From positions 372,001 through 436,000 of the forward strand of contig JADEYG010000015.1 in NCBI GenBank assembly GCA_016906335.1: 64,000 nt of DNA, read 5' to 3'. Below the pieces are notes generated by a model, which was not told the origin of the DNA, did no database searches, and worked only from the letters and a program-made list of their open reading frames with translations. The stretch's first letter is position 1. Each line of letters begins with the position of its first letter. Position numbers and translations under genes: made by a program. The stretch is from Novakomyces olei. Lineage: Eukaryota. Shown here in pieces: positions 23,092 through 34,067 of the stretch.

Positions 23092-24042
23092 ATGCCGGCC
23101 CGGCGGCACATTTTGGAAGAATGGTACTTGCAGGTCCCCGTAGTGACGCGGGTATACTTTACTTCGGCTTTCTTATTATCCTTGGCTGTACGGCTAAACG
23201 TGGTGGATCCTTTCCTACTGTATTTCTCATGGAACAGTGTCCTCTTTAAACACCAGTTTTGGAGGCTTTTGACGCCCTTTCTATTCGTGGGCGAACTGAA
23301 TCCGCAGTTTGTTATTGTCCTCTGTCTCACTGCACAGTATAGTCGAATGCTGGAAGAGCAATCCTATTTCCATCAGCCACTGCAGTACGTAAAGTTACTG
23401 CTGTTTGCGATGATTGCGCTTTTACTACTCTCCGAGTTTCTTTCTCTGCCTTTCCTCAGTGCTCCACTAACGTACGTGATAATGTACGTTTGGTCACGCC
23501 GGAGTCCCGAAGTGCGGTTGGCTTTTCTCGGGGTTTTTGCCATTTCTGCTCCCTACCTGCCGTGGGTATGTTTGGGCTTTACTGCTTTGCTTAACCGCGA
23601 ATCAACTTGGAAGGCCGGGCTAAGTGGCATCCTGATCGGCCACTGCTATTATTTTTACAGTGACGTGTGGCCGCGCGTCAGGTTAATCGGACTCAGCGAG
23701 CCTCAGGGAGCTCAAAGTGCAGAGCCCGAGGAGACTAGACCCGAGAATCCTGCAGATCAAGATGCGAATATTGCACAGACAAACGTTACAGAGACAAACG
23801 TTACAGAGACAAACATTACAGAGACAAACGTTACAGAGACAAATATTACAGAGACAAACTTTACAGAGGCGTCAAGCAATGTATCAAGCGCCAGGCCGTT
23901 TAGTGGGCAGGCAAACGCAACCGGGTCAGATTTTGATAGAGGAAACGAACAAACGGAAGCAAGAGGGAGAACAAATACCCAAACACAGGCTGGTAATGTT
24001 GAGGACGGGGATGACACTGGCATACGACATACCAGCAACTGA
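23092..24042 (+). CDS. DER1: Derlin (Der1 family ERAD protein) with repetitive C-tail
   Basis: Motifs PVVTR, QFWRLLT, YSRMLEE, YVWSRRSP, APYLPW and GILIGHCYYF. Confidence 0.9.
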   Translation: MPARRHILEEWYLQVPVVTRVYFTSAFLLSLAVRLNVVDPFLLYFSWNSVLFKHQFWRLLTPFLFVGELNPQFVIVLCLTAQYSRMLEEQSYFHQPLQYVKLLLFAMIALLLLSEFLSLPFLSAPLTYVIMYVWSRRSPEVRLAFLGVFAISAPYLPWVCLGFTALLNRESTWKAGLSGILIGHCYYFYSDVWPRVRLIGLSEPQGAQSAEPEETRPENPADQDANIAQTNVTETNVTETNITETNVTETNITETNFTEASSNVSSARPFSGQANATGSDFDRGNEQTEARGRTNTQTQAGNVEDGDDTGIRHTSN

Positions 24043-24518
24043 AACAATGATTTTATGTTTTTGGCTTATTCAAGTTTATTTTATTTTATTTATTTAATCT
24101 TAAAATGATATCTGCCAGGCCTTATGCAAGTACCTGGACCTTTATTCACGGTTGATTTTATAGACGAGCAAAGGCGAATTCAAATGCAATCACATATCCA
24201 TTCACACAGTCAACTATAGAAACCATTGGCAAGAAAATTAAACGAGATGGAGACACAGAATACTAAATATTTAGTAGAATATATATATCGGCTCGGAGAT
24301 AAAGGAATTACGACAGTTAATTGACGAGGATGAAAAGATTATACACGAAACAAGAAATTGAGCAATGATGGGACTATAAGCGCAAATTAACCCTCATGCA
24401 ATTGTATACACGACTGTCGAGGCTTCGACAAGATTGTTACGATAAATGTCAACGCCATGCCAATGCTGACTTTGGCAAATAGAACAAGGCAAAAGTCTCG
24501 CATTGCCTCTTCGATCGC

Positions 24519-25694
24519 CTACTCGGGAGCGTTTTGCTGGCCAAAAGAATATGTATTGCTGAAGAGATTTTGGAAACGAGAGTCCTCGCCCTCGTACAAG
24601 AGAGATGCCACCCATGACTCCGGCAAACCTGAAGGGTTTTCAAGGGGATTGGTTCCGTTTCGAGAACAGTTTTCGAATCGAGGCAGGGCAGTTTGCTGGT
24701 CGCGATGACAGTCAAATACCAGAGAATTTTGTTCAGCATTCGACTCTGGAAAGGCTGTTTCTGCCTGATGAAAAGCACCAAAGTGACTATTGACATCAGA
24801 CTCTTGTAAAATAGGACTGGCGTAGTAATTCAGCATGTTCTTGTTACTACCACTGCCTCCGTCCAGAGCATTGAAGAAATCCTTGGCGAATGGCTCTATT
24901 GCCACAGGCTTTTTAAATTCTGGCTCGATAGAAGTGCTTGTGCAGCCATTGCCGAGCGCAATCTGCCTTTGTACTCTGTCTTCACCTGAGTTTGCTCCAT
25001 AATTGTCGAATGAAGACTGGCTCGCGATAGAAAGGCCTTCCTCCTCCTGCTGGATTAACCTTCTTTTCTTTGTCAAATAAGGACCTCGTTTCAGCCCACA
25101 CGGGCGGCGCTTTCGAGGCCGATCTCTGCACATTGTTTGCCTGTTCATTACAACACATCGACCACAGGGCCTTTGATTATCACATGGTCTTTTCAATCGC
25201 TGGCACATTACACAGGCACGAACAGCATTACGAGTCCCTTGGCGCATAGTATGACCAGAGCAACTGTCATTGGAGCTCGGGTTGGAGGAAAAAGACCGAG
25301 TATCAAACGACCCAGAGTTTGATGGACGAGGATTGAACGAACCAGAGTTAGGACTAAGTGGACCAGGGCCAAAGGTATCGAGAGCAAGCGGCCTTTGACT
25401 CCTGAAATTTGTGTCTATTTCCTGCGTGCCTTGGTGATCTTGACTTTTCTCATTGAGCCCCCCGTTAGCAGCAGGAGGAAAATCAATGTCACAGGACTCA
25501 GGATCCTGGGCCAAGCTTCCACGAGGGCTAATTGTATTCGGAATACTAGATTCACGAGATGAATGTAGAACGGAGGTAGAATTGTTGTGAGCCTGTGGTG
25601 TATATTGTCGGCTCGCAAAATCAATAAGCTGAGCAAATTCGGTTTCAAATTGAGGGAAAGGGACATCAAAAACAGGAGAATTCAAATCCCTCAT
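24519..25694 (-). CDS. Zn(II)2Cys6 transcription factor
   Basis: CVMCQRLKRPCDNQRPCGRCVVMNRQTMC followed by basic RKRRPCGLKRGPY. Confidence 0.88.
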   Translation of the reverse strand: MRDLNSPVFDVPFPQFETEFAQLIDFASRQYTPQAHNNSTSVLHSSRESSIPNTISPRGSLAQDPESCDIDFPPAANGGLNEKSQDHQGTQEIDTNFRSQRPLALDTFGPGPLSPNSGSFNPRPSNSGSFDTRSFSSNPSSNDSCSGHTMRQGTRNAVRACVMCQRLKRPCDNQRPCGRCVVMNRQTMCRDRPRKRRPCGLKRGPYLTKKRRLIQQEEEGLSIASQSSFDNYGANSGEDRVQRQIALGNGCTSTSIEPEFKKPVAIEPFAKDFFNALDGGSGSNKNMLNYYASPILQESDVNSHFGAFHQAETAFPESNAEQNSLVFDCHRDQQTALPRFENCSRNGTNPLENPSGLPESWVASLLYEGEDSRFQNLFSNTYSFGQQNAPE

Positions 25695-26446
25695 ACTGTT
25701 CTTTTCTTAGCTGTTAAAAGTGATATCTTTTTTTAAGCTCGCAAAATTGGCCTCACACTCATACAGACACACAGTCCTCGTTCCCTCAATTCTGTTGACC
25801 GCCTCAATGTCGTTGCCTCTTCTAAACAGACTCTCTTCTCCACGTCTATGCCATAGAAACAGCAAATGATCCGACTAGTCTCCCCTGATATTTGAGGTAC
25901 ACTAGAAAAACAGGGAAAATCAAAAAGGCAATAATTTCAGGCTCCGTGGTCACATGTCAACCCAACCATCTCCTGAACGCGGCATTTCAATCCGCTATAA
26001 TAATCGAGAGCGAATAATTAAAATCATATGACACTTTTGCTTTTCGACGACAACTGTACTGAATTTTCGACGTGTAAACGTACCCTGAAAATTGATCACA
26101 ATCAAATAACGCTCAGAAAAAAAAACTGTCGCAAAGAAAAAAAAAGTTTAAGATATAATGCCGCAAACCAATATTGCCTCTCAAGACATGTCTCCCTCTA
26201 AATTTAATAGCACGTGATCAAAACAACAAGGACAAATATTTATAACTATACGGCTTGTATACAAACCTAAAATAAAGCATGGAGCAGTGACAGGATGCCA
26301 CTTCAAACGGCACGCTCAACAACAATACGGAATGTATCAAAAACGAAAAACGCTTGCATATATAAAGTATCCGTCTAGCATAGTATGTACAATGTTCTCC
26401 ACAACAGCCCTCACCACTCGCGTTTAAAACACAAGTCTCGCAGACT

Positions 26447-27317
26447 CTATAGCGCATCGATATCATCCATGATATCGTTATCCTGATCAAACCCTCTCTG
26501 GAACTTGCGTCCTGGCGAAACTAACCGCAGCAGACGTCCCACAGGAATAAAGGCTACGCGCAGGCAGTCACGAAGAAAAGCAAAAACTGCAAACCATACT
26601 TCATAGTTGGGAACCTGTCTCCAGCCCGAAGCATTCAGTATCTTTCGCTGGTAGATGCACCCCCCAATAAAGTACACTAGCAGCGCTACAGCTGCAATAA
26701 TGGCAAAAACTGCCAAGGGCCCTAGAGCAGTCTGGTGGCCAATCTGTGTTGCACAAGCCCGCCAAGTTCGAAACTCGAAAAAGTATGCGCAATCATTTAT
26801 TGCGCCCACAAAGGAAACACTCGCTTGACGGTACATTGTATGGTCACAGACAAAAGCAATCAGAGTCGATCTCCGCAGCGTATTTGAGCCGGGGCACAGA
26901 TCACCGTTGTCATACTGCAACAAAAGCTTACGGCCTCTATAGAACGGAGTCGCTGACGTGGCTCCAATTGCTACTAGAGGCCGCGTGTCACCGGCTTCGC
27001 CAACAGCCGCTGATACATTGTACGCGAACGAGCCCGCAACAAGAGGCAGGCATACATTTAGTGTGAAATTACGCCCGTAATCGTGGCCATTAACGTGCCA
27101 ATCGTGACTGCTAGTTAGAATCTTGACCATACTAATAGTAACTATCCTACCCGTCGTCAATGCTCCGGCCGAGGCCAGACAGATCGTAGAACTCTTGAGT
27201 TAGGGGGTTGCGCGTACTGCAAAACGGGTCAGGTTCACGTGGATTCGGCGCGTAACTATCCTGTTCGCCGGCCGCTAATACAGTAGACGCCAGCAGCAGT
27301 GCAGCCAGGATGTTCAT
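26447..27317 (-). CDS. MRL1: Mannose-6-phosphate receptor-like protein (2 exons)
   Basis: Signal peptide MNILAALLLA, FYDLSGL / DYGRNFTLNVC, MRH-domain cysteines (YDNGDLC, FVCD, CAYFFEFRTWRAC), a TM helix and GWRQVPNY. Confidence 0.85.
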
Positions 27318-27354
27318 CTTACGAGTTTGGAATTGACTGAATTTTGTGTATATT

Positions 27355-27450
27355 TGATTATATTATATTATATTTTATTATATTATATTTGATTATATTA
27401 TATTTGATTATATTATATTTGATTATATTATATTATATTTTATTTTATAT
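27355..27450. repeat. AT-rich TATTA / TATATTTGAT degenerate tandem repeat in a divergent promoter
   Basis: Visible low-complexity repeat. Confidence 0.8.
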
Positions 27451-27562
27451 CCAATATCTGTGTTGCTAAATGAGCGCGCTATAAGCTTGAGTCACGTGCG
27501 AATAGAGCCCGTTGCGGACTCGTTTACGAAATATCGTAATAATAATAATTTAACAGGTGGCA

Positions 27563-28518
27563 ATGTTGCAATTAGAGGCAATGACGTTATGCCTCGTCCT
27601 TTCGAGCAGCTATGTGCTCGTCCTTTATGCTCATCCTCGAACGAGGCCGCGTGAGGGTGTTGGCAAAGACGATTCACGTGTTGTTGCTGCGCGTGCAGTA
27701 GCAGTGACACTCAGTTGCTTAGTAGCGGCGATTGTAACAAGCAGTGCCCAATTGGTCGTGAGGGAACCCGGGTTTTCGCTAAAGAGTATTGCTGCAAATG
27801 TGCCTAATGCTATATTTCTTTGTGACTGTAATTGGTCGTGCACGTGGTGGCCGTTGCAACTGACAGCTGTGCTTTTTGCTGGACCTATATTCCGGTATTG
27901 TATAGTTGAACATGGGTACCGTTATCTCGTGACCGATATAAAGCTAGCGGCCCACTCCTGGCTTCATTTACGGAACATTGTTATTGTAAGGAACGTCTTC
28001 TCTGCTGGCTTTGATATATTTTATTTTATTTTATTCTCCTGTGATACTTAATCGACAGGGACCTTTGACGGAAGAAGTTCTTTTCCGAGGATGTGTTGTA
28101 CGTCTATTAAGTCTTGCGCATGTATCAAATACCACAATTATCCTGATTGCTCCACTTTTCTTTGGCACCGGTACGTGTCTAACAAATTATTCCGTACAGT
28201 CTCATGTTTGCTCCGCTAACTATAGCTCATGTTCATCATGCGTATGAGCGCGTAGTCGTGCACAAAGTACCGCTGGCAAATGCAGTAATTGTTTCCCTGT
28301 TTCAGCTTGCATATACTTTTGTATTTGGCCTGTACGCAACGTGGGCGCTACTACAAACTCAGTGCCTGCTTGGACCTATACTAAGCCATATGCTTTGCAA
28401 TTCTATCGGGTTTCCACAGCTCTACGGGCCGGTGAGCAATCGCGCCTCTGATACCCTTGTATATTATGCTCTGCTCATTGGTGGGAGCGTGTATTTTTTC
28501 TATGCCGTCACAAAGTGA
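27563..28518 (+). CDS. RCE1: CAAX prenyl protease 2 (3 exons)
   Basis: Motifs LRNIVI/GPLTEEVLFRG, FFGT/AHVHH, QLAYTFVFG and HMLCNSIGFP. Confidence 0.92.
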
Positions 28519-28812
28519 AGGGTCCTCGTCATGAAAACGACTTAAACTGAGAGCACTATAGGATAAAAATTGATATTATGCATTTAGAATATCATTATGT
28601 AGCGTGTGCGGCAAAGGTTGGAGTTAGGGTTTAAAAATTGTATTATACTATACAGTTAATCTCGTAATAAATTGCGTTTAATACAAGTATGGCATAAATA
28701 ATTGTATAGGGAATATAGTGTGCCCCGGTAGAAGTAAACCCTAAAGACCAAACTCGAGAGTTCCATCAAAGGGTAATCGGCAGTCAACCAGCGTTTCCGT
28801 TGTCGTTTTCTG

Positions 28813-29298
28813 ATGCGTTTATTGGTGCCAGCATTAACGAGGCCCGCTTTTGTCTTTAGACTGTTCACTAGTGCTTCTGTGCTTTGCAAAAATGGAAAAA
28901 CGCCTTCGAAACAAGGGATCCACAAGGCCCCAGAGTTGGAAGAGCACACGATCGAGGAAAAGTTTATCCGTGGCCGTGGACCAGGCGGCCAAAAAATCAA
29001 TAAAACAAGCATTGTGGCCCAGCTAAAACATATCCCGACGGGAATAACCGTAACGTGCCAGGATTCCAGATCACGTGAAGATAATAGGCGCATTGGACGT
29101 AAACGGCTTGCTGAAAAGGTGGAGTTTTTCCTCTTGGGCGACACGAGCCGTCTGGGTCAAATGACGGAAAAACTTAAACGACAGGAACGTAATCGCCGAA
29201 AGAAAAGCGTTGCAAAGTACAAAAAACTAGCGGCTCAAGATCAAGAGCACCAAGAGAATTTTACCAAGGCTGATGATGAAAAGAACGATGCTGGCTAG
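28813..29298 (+). CDS. Mitochondrial GGQ peptidyl-tRNA hydrolase / ribosome rescue factor (C12orf65/MTRFR-like)
   Basis: Presequence-like N-terminus, EEKFIRGRGPGGQKINKT, HIPTGI..CQDSRSREDN and a basic tail; no codon-recognition domain. Confidence 0.88.
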   Translation: MRLLVPALTRPAFVFRLFTSASVLCKNGKTPSKQGIHKAPELEEHTIEEKFIRGRGPGGQKINKTSIVAQLKHIPTGITVTCQDSRSREDNRRIGRKRLAEKVEFFLLGDTSRLGQMTEKLKRQERNRRKKSVAKYKKLAAQDQEHQENFTKADDEKNDAG

Positions 29299-29359
29299 AC
29301 TTGTTATTTTTTATTTCTATCTATAAACATGCATGACTAAGACATTGGCTCTGTCGACT

Positions 29360-30718
29360 CTATGACTGCTGATTGGCAAATGTGCTTGCTACTAGCAATG
29401 GAAAGACAATGGACGCATCCGCGTGCACTTTGACCATTTGCGCGTCGGCCCTTATTTTTCCCCAGCTTATCTAAGTGAGGTTAGTAAAGAAGGGCTCGTG
29501 TACAGATACATTTGAATAATATAATGGATCAACATACCGCTTCGGTAACACTCGCTCCTGCATCAGAACCATCAAACTCTTGTCCGGTATTTATGTACAC
29601 TGCATAATCGGATCCGTTGCGCATAAGATTTGCATTGCAAATATGATGTTTCACAAGACCACCACCGAGGATAATTATCCCGGTCCTTTTAGCTCTTACG
29701 GCAATGGTATTAATCTTTCGAATATCCCGATTGATATCTATAATCAGATCGGTCTCTGCTTTAAAAGAGTGAAAATACAGCATATCTCCCAAGGAACCAT
29801 CCGTTAGAGCCGGGCAAAAAATGGGTATCTGGTTTTTGTGGGCCCAGTAGAGAATACTGCTTTCGTCATTGATCTCTCGTCCTAAACGGTCAATCATTGT
29901 GCTTGGGGTCCAAACTCGGCCCTCTGTTTGCTGTTCTTTCAACATTTGATCAAATACAGGCACAACCCAGTCTTCAAATTTACAGTAATTATCGTTTGGC
30001 ACGAGCAAATTGCCTATACGGTTCAACCCTCTCTGTCGTAAATCAGCACCGTCAAGGTTGAAAGCCCCCAAGTATGTGGGCGCTAAACATTTGATCAGAT
30101 CTTCTTCAATACCCCCTGCTGTAGCGCAAATAGCCGATACATGACGGTGCTGGACGAGGTATCGAATAGTTTCCCGGAGGCCAGATGAGACCAGGTTGGA
30201 AGTGTATCCCAGAAATATTGTAGTTCTTTCGTCTGGTGAGCAGCCTTCCTCTATGTCTTGTTCGCTAGGGCGCCATTGAATCTGCAGAGCGTTAGTATTT
30301 GACGAATAAAAGGAAATGCTTTCATGCTCATCATTGCTTGTAGAGCGCAGCACAAGAGCGCAGCTGATCTACAATGATGCTGTGATTATCTGTGATTATC
30401 CAGTCTTGAAACACTTCAAACAGTACATGTAGAATAGCAATAAGTTAGAAAAATGATAAAACAGGTCTTTGCAAAATACAGAGCATTTAATATCAATACC
30501 ATTTGCTCTACAACCGACTTGGCCTGGCCAAGATTTGTTGCTTGAAAGCCGATATTGCTCATTTGGTCCATCAGCTCTTGGACTGTGATTCCCGGTCCAC
30601 CAGCGCGTTGCCGCTCATCATACTTTTCAAAATCGATACCCTTGACAGCAATAGCACTGTCTGGCATCTTTTCTGAGCTAACAAAAACGGCATCTTTAGC
30701 TTTGCCTTGGTCCTCCAT
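29360..30718 (-). CDS. DYS1: Deoxyhypusine synthase (3 exons)
   Basis: Motifs [49 protein letters not shown] and [16 protein letters not shown]. Confidence 0.96.
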
Positions 30719-31093
30719 TCTCTCGAAAATTGGAATAAATTGATTAAAAAAAAATAATAATTGATAAAGAGCTGATATAATCATTTAACATATTATATAC
30801 TTAATTCCACCATAGAATCTATTGGTGTAAGGAATACTCATCCAATCGTTTGTATCGTTTGTATAGTATGCGTTAATATGGAAGAATAGAATAATGTAAA
30901 TGTGACGCGATTTACAAATACGATTGCAAAATGAATAATAAAATAATACAAATGTCCTACTGTAATTCTACTCTCAATCTTGCAGTATACGTTTCAGAAC
31001 GGCTCAGGCACCCTACAAATCCTACTGAAAAGCGACGTAAAGCAATTGTGGCGTGCCAATGCCGGTGCTTTACGTTATTTGTGACCGTCCAAA

Positions 31094-32718
31094 ATGCCGA
31101 CATTCAACAATTCTTATCCACCCGCTCGCATGCAACAACAAAAAGTAAATATTTCTAAACGAGCGGCCTCTTGGCCACGTCGCGTATTATCATGGGACAG
31201 CAAACATGTCCTGCGTGTAGTGTGGGTTGCATTAATATTGCGCAATGAAAAATTGGTTTTCTGGTACGCGATATACAAATGCCAATGGCAAAAATGGTGC
31301 CATTTAGGGGTACGAGACAACTAAGCTCTTGTTATTGTCATAATTATCGCTTGACTAAATTTGGCATTACGATTTCCATGCGTTTTCAAATTAATGTCTT
31401 GTACATTTTAACTTACTTTCTTTAAATCTTCAGCCGCTTTTCAATGCTTACAGTGCAATTTATTCCTATTTATTTTTTTAATGTTTTATTGTAATTTTTA
31501 TCTCTCTAATGATTTTGTTTTAACACCTTCCAGTCTCAGGCACACAAAATAGTTATTTTGGCAGACCCACAGCTGGTGGACGCAAACACGTACCAAAGGC
31601 CATGGCCTATTCTGCGTCTTACAATGTTTATTACGGACCTTTTCCTGTACCGTAATTACAGGCTAATCCACCGGTACCTTTCGCCAGAATATGTAGTTTT
31701 TTTGGGCGATTTATTTGACGGTGGACGCGAATGGACCGATGGAGTATGGGAGGCAGAGTATCAACGCTTTACGCGTATTTTCCCCACATTTAGTGACACT
31801 AAAGTCATTTACTCGTTGCCCGGCAACCATGACATCGGGTTCGGAGACGGGATTGCTCCCGACAAACTGGACCGGTTCCACGCTCATTTTGGCAACGATC
31901 AAGTGGTCACTGTAGGACAAAACAGCACATTTGTCCTTCTGGATACTCTGAGCTTGAGCAATACAGCGGATAGGCGAGTATGGAACTCGCCAAGACAATT
32001 GCTGGAGCAATTAGGCCGGGACGTTGAACAGTCGCCCTCAGCAAAAGGAACAATTGTCCTTTTCTCTCATGTCCCGTTGTATCGGGATCCAGATCAAGCG
32101 TGCGGATCGCTTCGGCAGTCACCAAAGAGTATTCAAAACATTCGTGGGTACCAATACCAAAACATGCTTGCAAGTTCACTGTCCAATGAAATCCTGCAAA
32201 GGCTGAGGCCAAGTGTGATTTTCAGTGGAGACGACCATGATTACTGTGCCGTGACTCATCGATGGGGGCTTGAAGGTGCGGAGGTAAGTGCTCAAGAGTT
32301 TACAGTGCTGAGTTTTTCGATGGCTATGGGCGTAGCCCGCCCGGGGTTCCAATTACTGGCACTGGGAAACGATCATTCAACTGCCTCAATAGCAAGTTTA
32401 AAAGAGTCGGACGTGCCATACGAAACTCTACCTTGCTTCCTTCCGAACCAGGTGGCACTTTACGCGTCTTACTTGGTCTGCCTAGTGGTCACTGTTGTGT
32501 TCATAGCCCTGCGGTCCCAGCAACTGGCGCGTGTGGAGATAAAGGGAAAGTACCGCAGTTTGCCGGTTAGCAATTTTGAAATCGAAGCGGTAAACGCGTC
32601 GAGGCTGAGGCGATACTGGCTGTCGTGTGTGCGTACCCGGATTTTCTTACGGAAATTTGGTGAAATTGCGCTGCTAGCTGGGCCGGTGTTCATATTGTTT
32701 TGGCTGCAATTTCTGTAA
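31094..32718 (+). CDS. CDC1: Cdc1/MPPE1-family metallophosphoesterase (GPI remodelling), 2 exons
   Basis: N-terminal TM exon, then ADPQLVD, LGDLFDGGR, PGNHDIG, SHVPL, GYQYQN, FSGDDHDYC, SFSMAMG and C-terminal TMs. Confidence 0.88.
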
Positions 32719-32873
32719 TGCATGTATGATTATTGAAAATAAATAAATAAATAAATAAATAATTAATTAATTAATTAATTAATTAAAAATCATTACTCTT
32801 ATTACACAAACACCCATAATCCAAACTCCATTATTGAGATTATTTATATGATATACTACATGCCTCATGCGCA

Positions 32874-33625
32874 TCACCGGGCCGGCTTGACTCGTCGAAA
32901 GTACCTGTGCAATATGATCCACACTGCGCGAACACCGGCGAGTAAAGGGAAAGCCAATTCCAACCATACAAGCAACCTCCGCGGCCTATGGTCGCGCACC
33001 ATTCGCGCCACTTTAAGTTCGAGTTCAGATTTTGAACATTCGTTCCAAATCACAATATCTGCCCGGTTAATTTTTGCAGAGATAGGCATCTGCGCCTGGA
33101 TACGACTAGTCGCATCTTTAGCAGAAAGCGCCGTGTCCCGGGAAACCAGCCGCTGAAATTGTGTCTCCTCTGTGCACCCCACGCAGATTGTCTTTCCGCA
33201 AAAGACATCAAGGCCGCTTTCAAATAGCAGTGGAATATCGAGTACCACCATATCGTACCCGTGAATATAATAGAAGAAGATGTATTTCAATATTTCGAAG
33301 CGTACGGCGGGGTGAACAATACCGTTCAGCACTTTACGCTTTGCTGCATCATTGAACACGATTCGCCCTAGTTTTGCTCGGTCAAGAGATCCATCGCTGA
33401 GGAACACTTCTTTGCCAAAATAGCGCTGAATTTTCTGGTAACCACGAGTACCGGGTTCCACGACTTTGCGAGCAAGCTGGTCAGCGTCGACTATAGGTAC
33501 TCCGTGCTGAGCAGCGAGAATTCCGCTAACCGTGGACTTGCCTGAAAGAAAGGTTAGCAATAATTGTCCCGCAGCGTCCTGACCCTACCTGTCGCAATGG
33601 ATCCTGTTAATCCAATAACAAGCAT
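32874..33625 (-). CDS. CAB5: Dephospho-CoA kinase (2 exons)
   Basis: MLVIGLTGSIAT/GKSTVS P-loop across the intron; DAD, LDRAKLG, HPAVR and DIPLLFE. Confidence 0.94.
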
Positions 33626-34067
33626 TAAGTTTGCTTTGGCGCCTCTGCGCTTTTACGCGCGCTAAAATTACAATATACGTACGCGTTTTCGTGCGTTTCC
33701 TTTGCCTGCAATGTGTGTGGGCCTTTGGAAGTTGTGCTTTTTTGACAAACGTGCGACTATATTATCTGCATTGTCTCAACTAGTTTTGTTGAATATTAGT
33801 GTCATATTTTAAATATAATAATTAAAAAATAATAATAAAATATAAACTATAAAATATAATATTAATACATATAAATACAGATAAATACATATAGAACCAT
33901 ATAACGTATGGATAATTGCCAATAATGTATATAGTCAAATAGTCAAATTACATTATAGAGTCAGCATAATCTAGCCTGACGGTGTCAGTCAAACGAGCGC
34001 AATTAAACGAGGCCAAATCGACTGCCATATTATAGTGCTCTTACCCGCGGCACAATCAAGTGGATAA

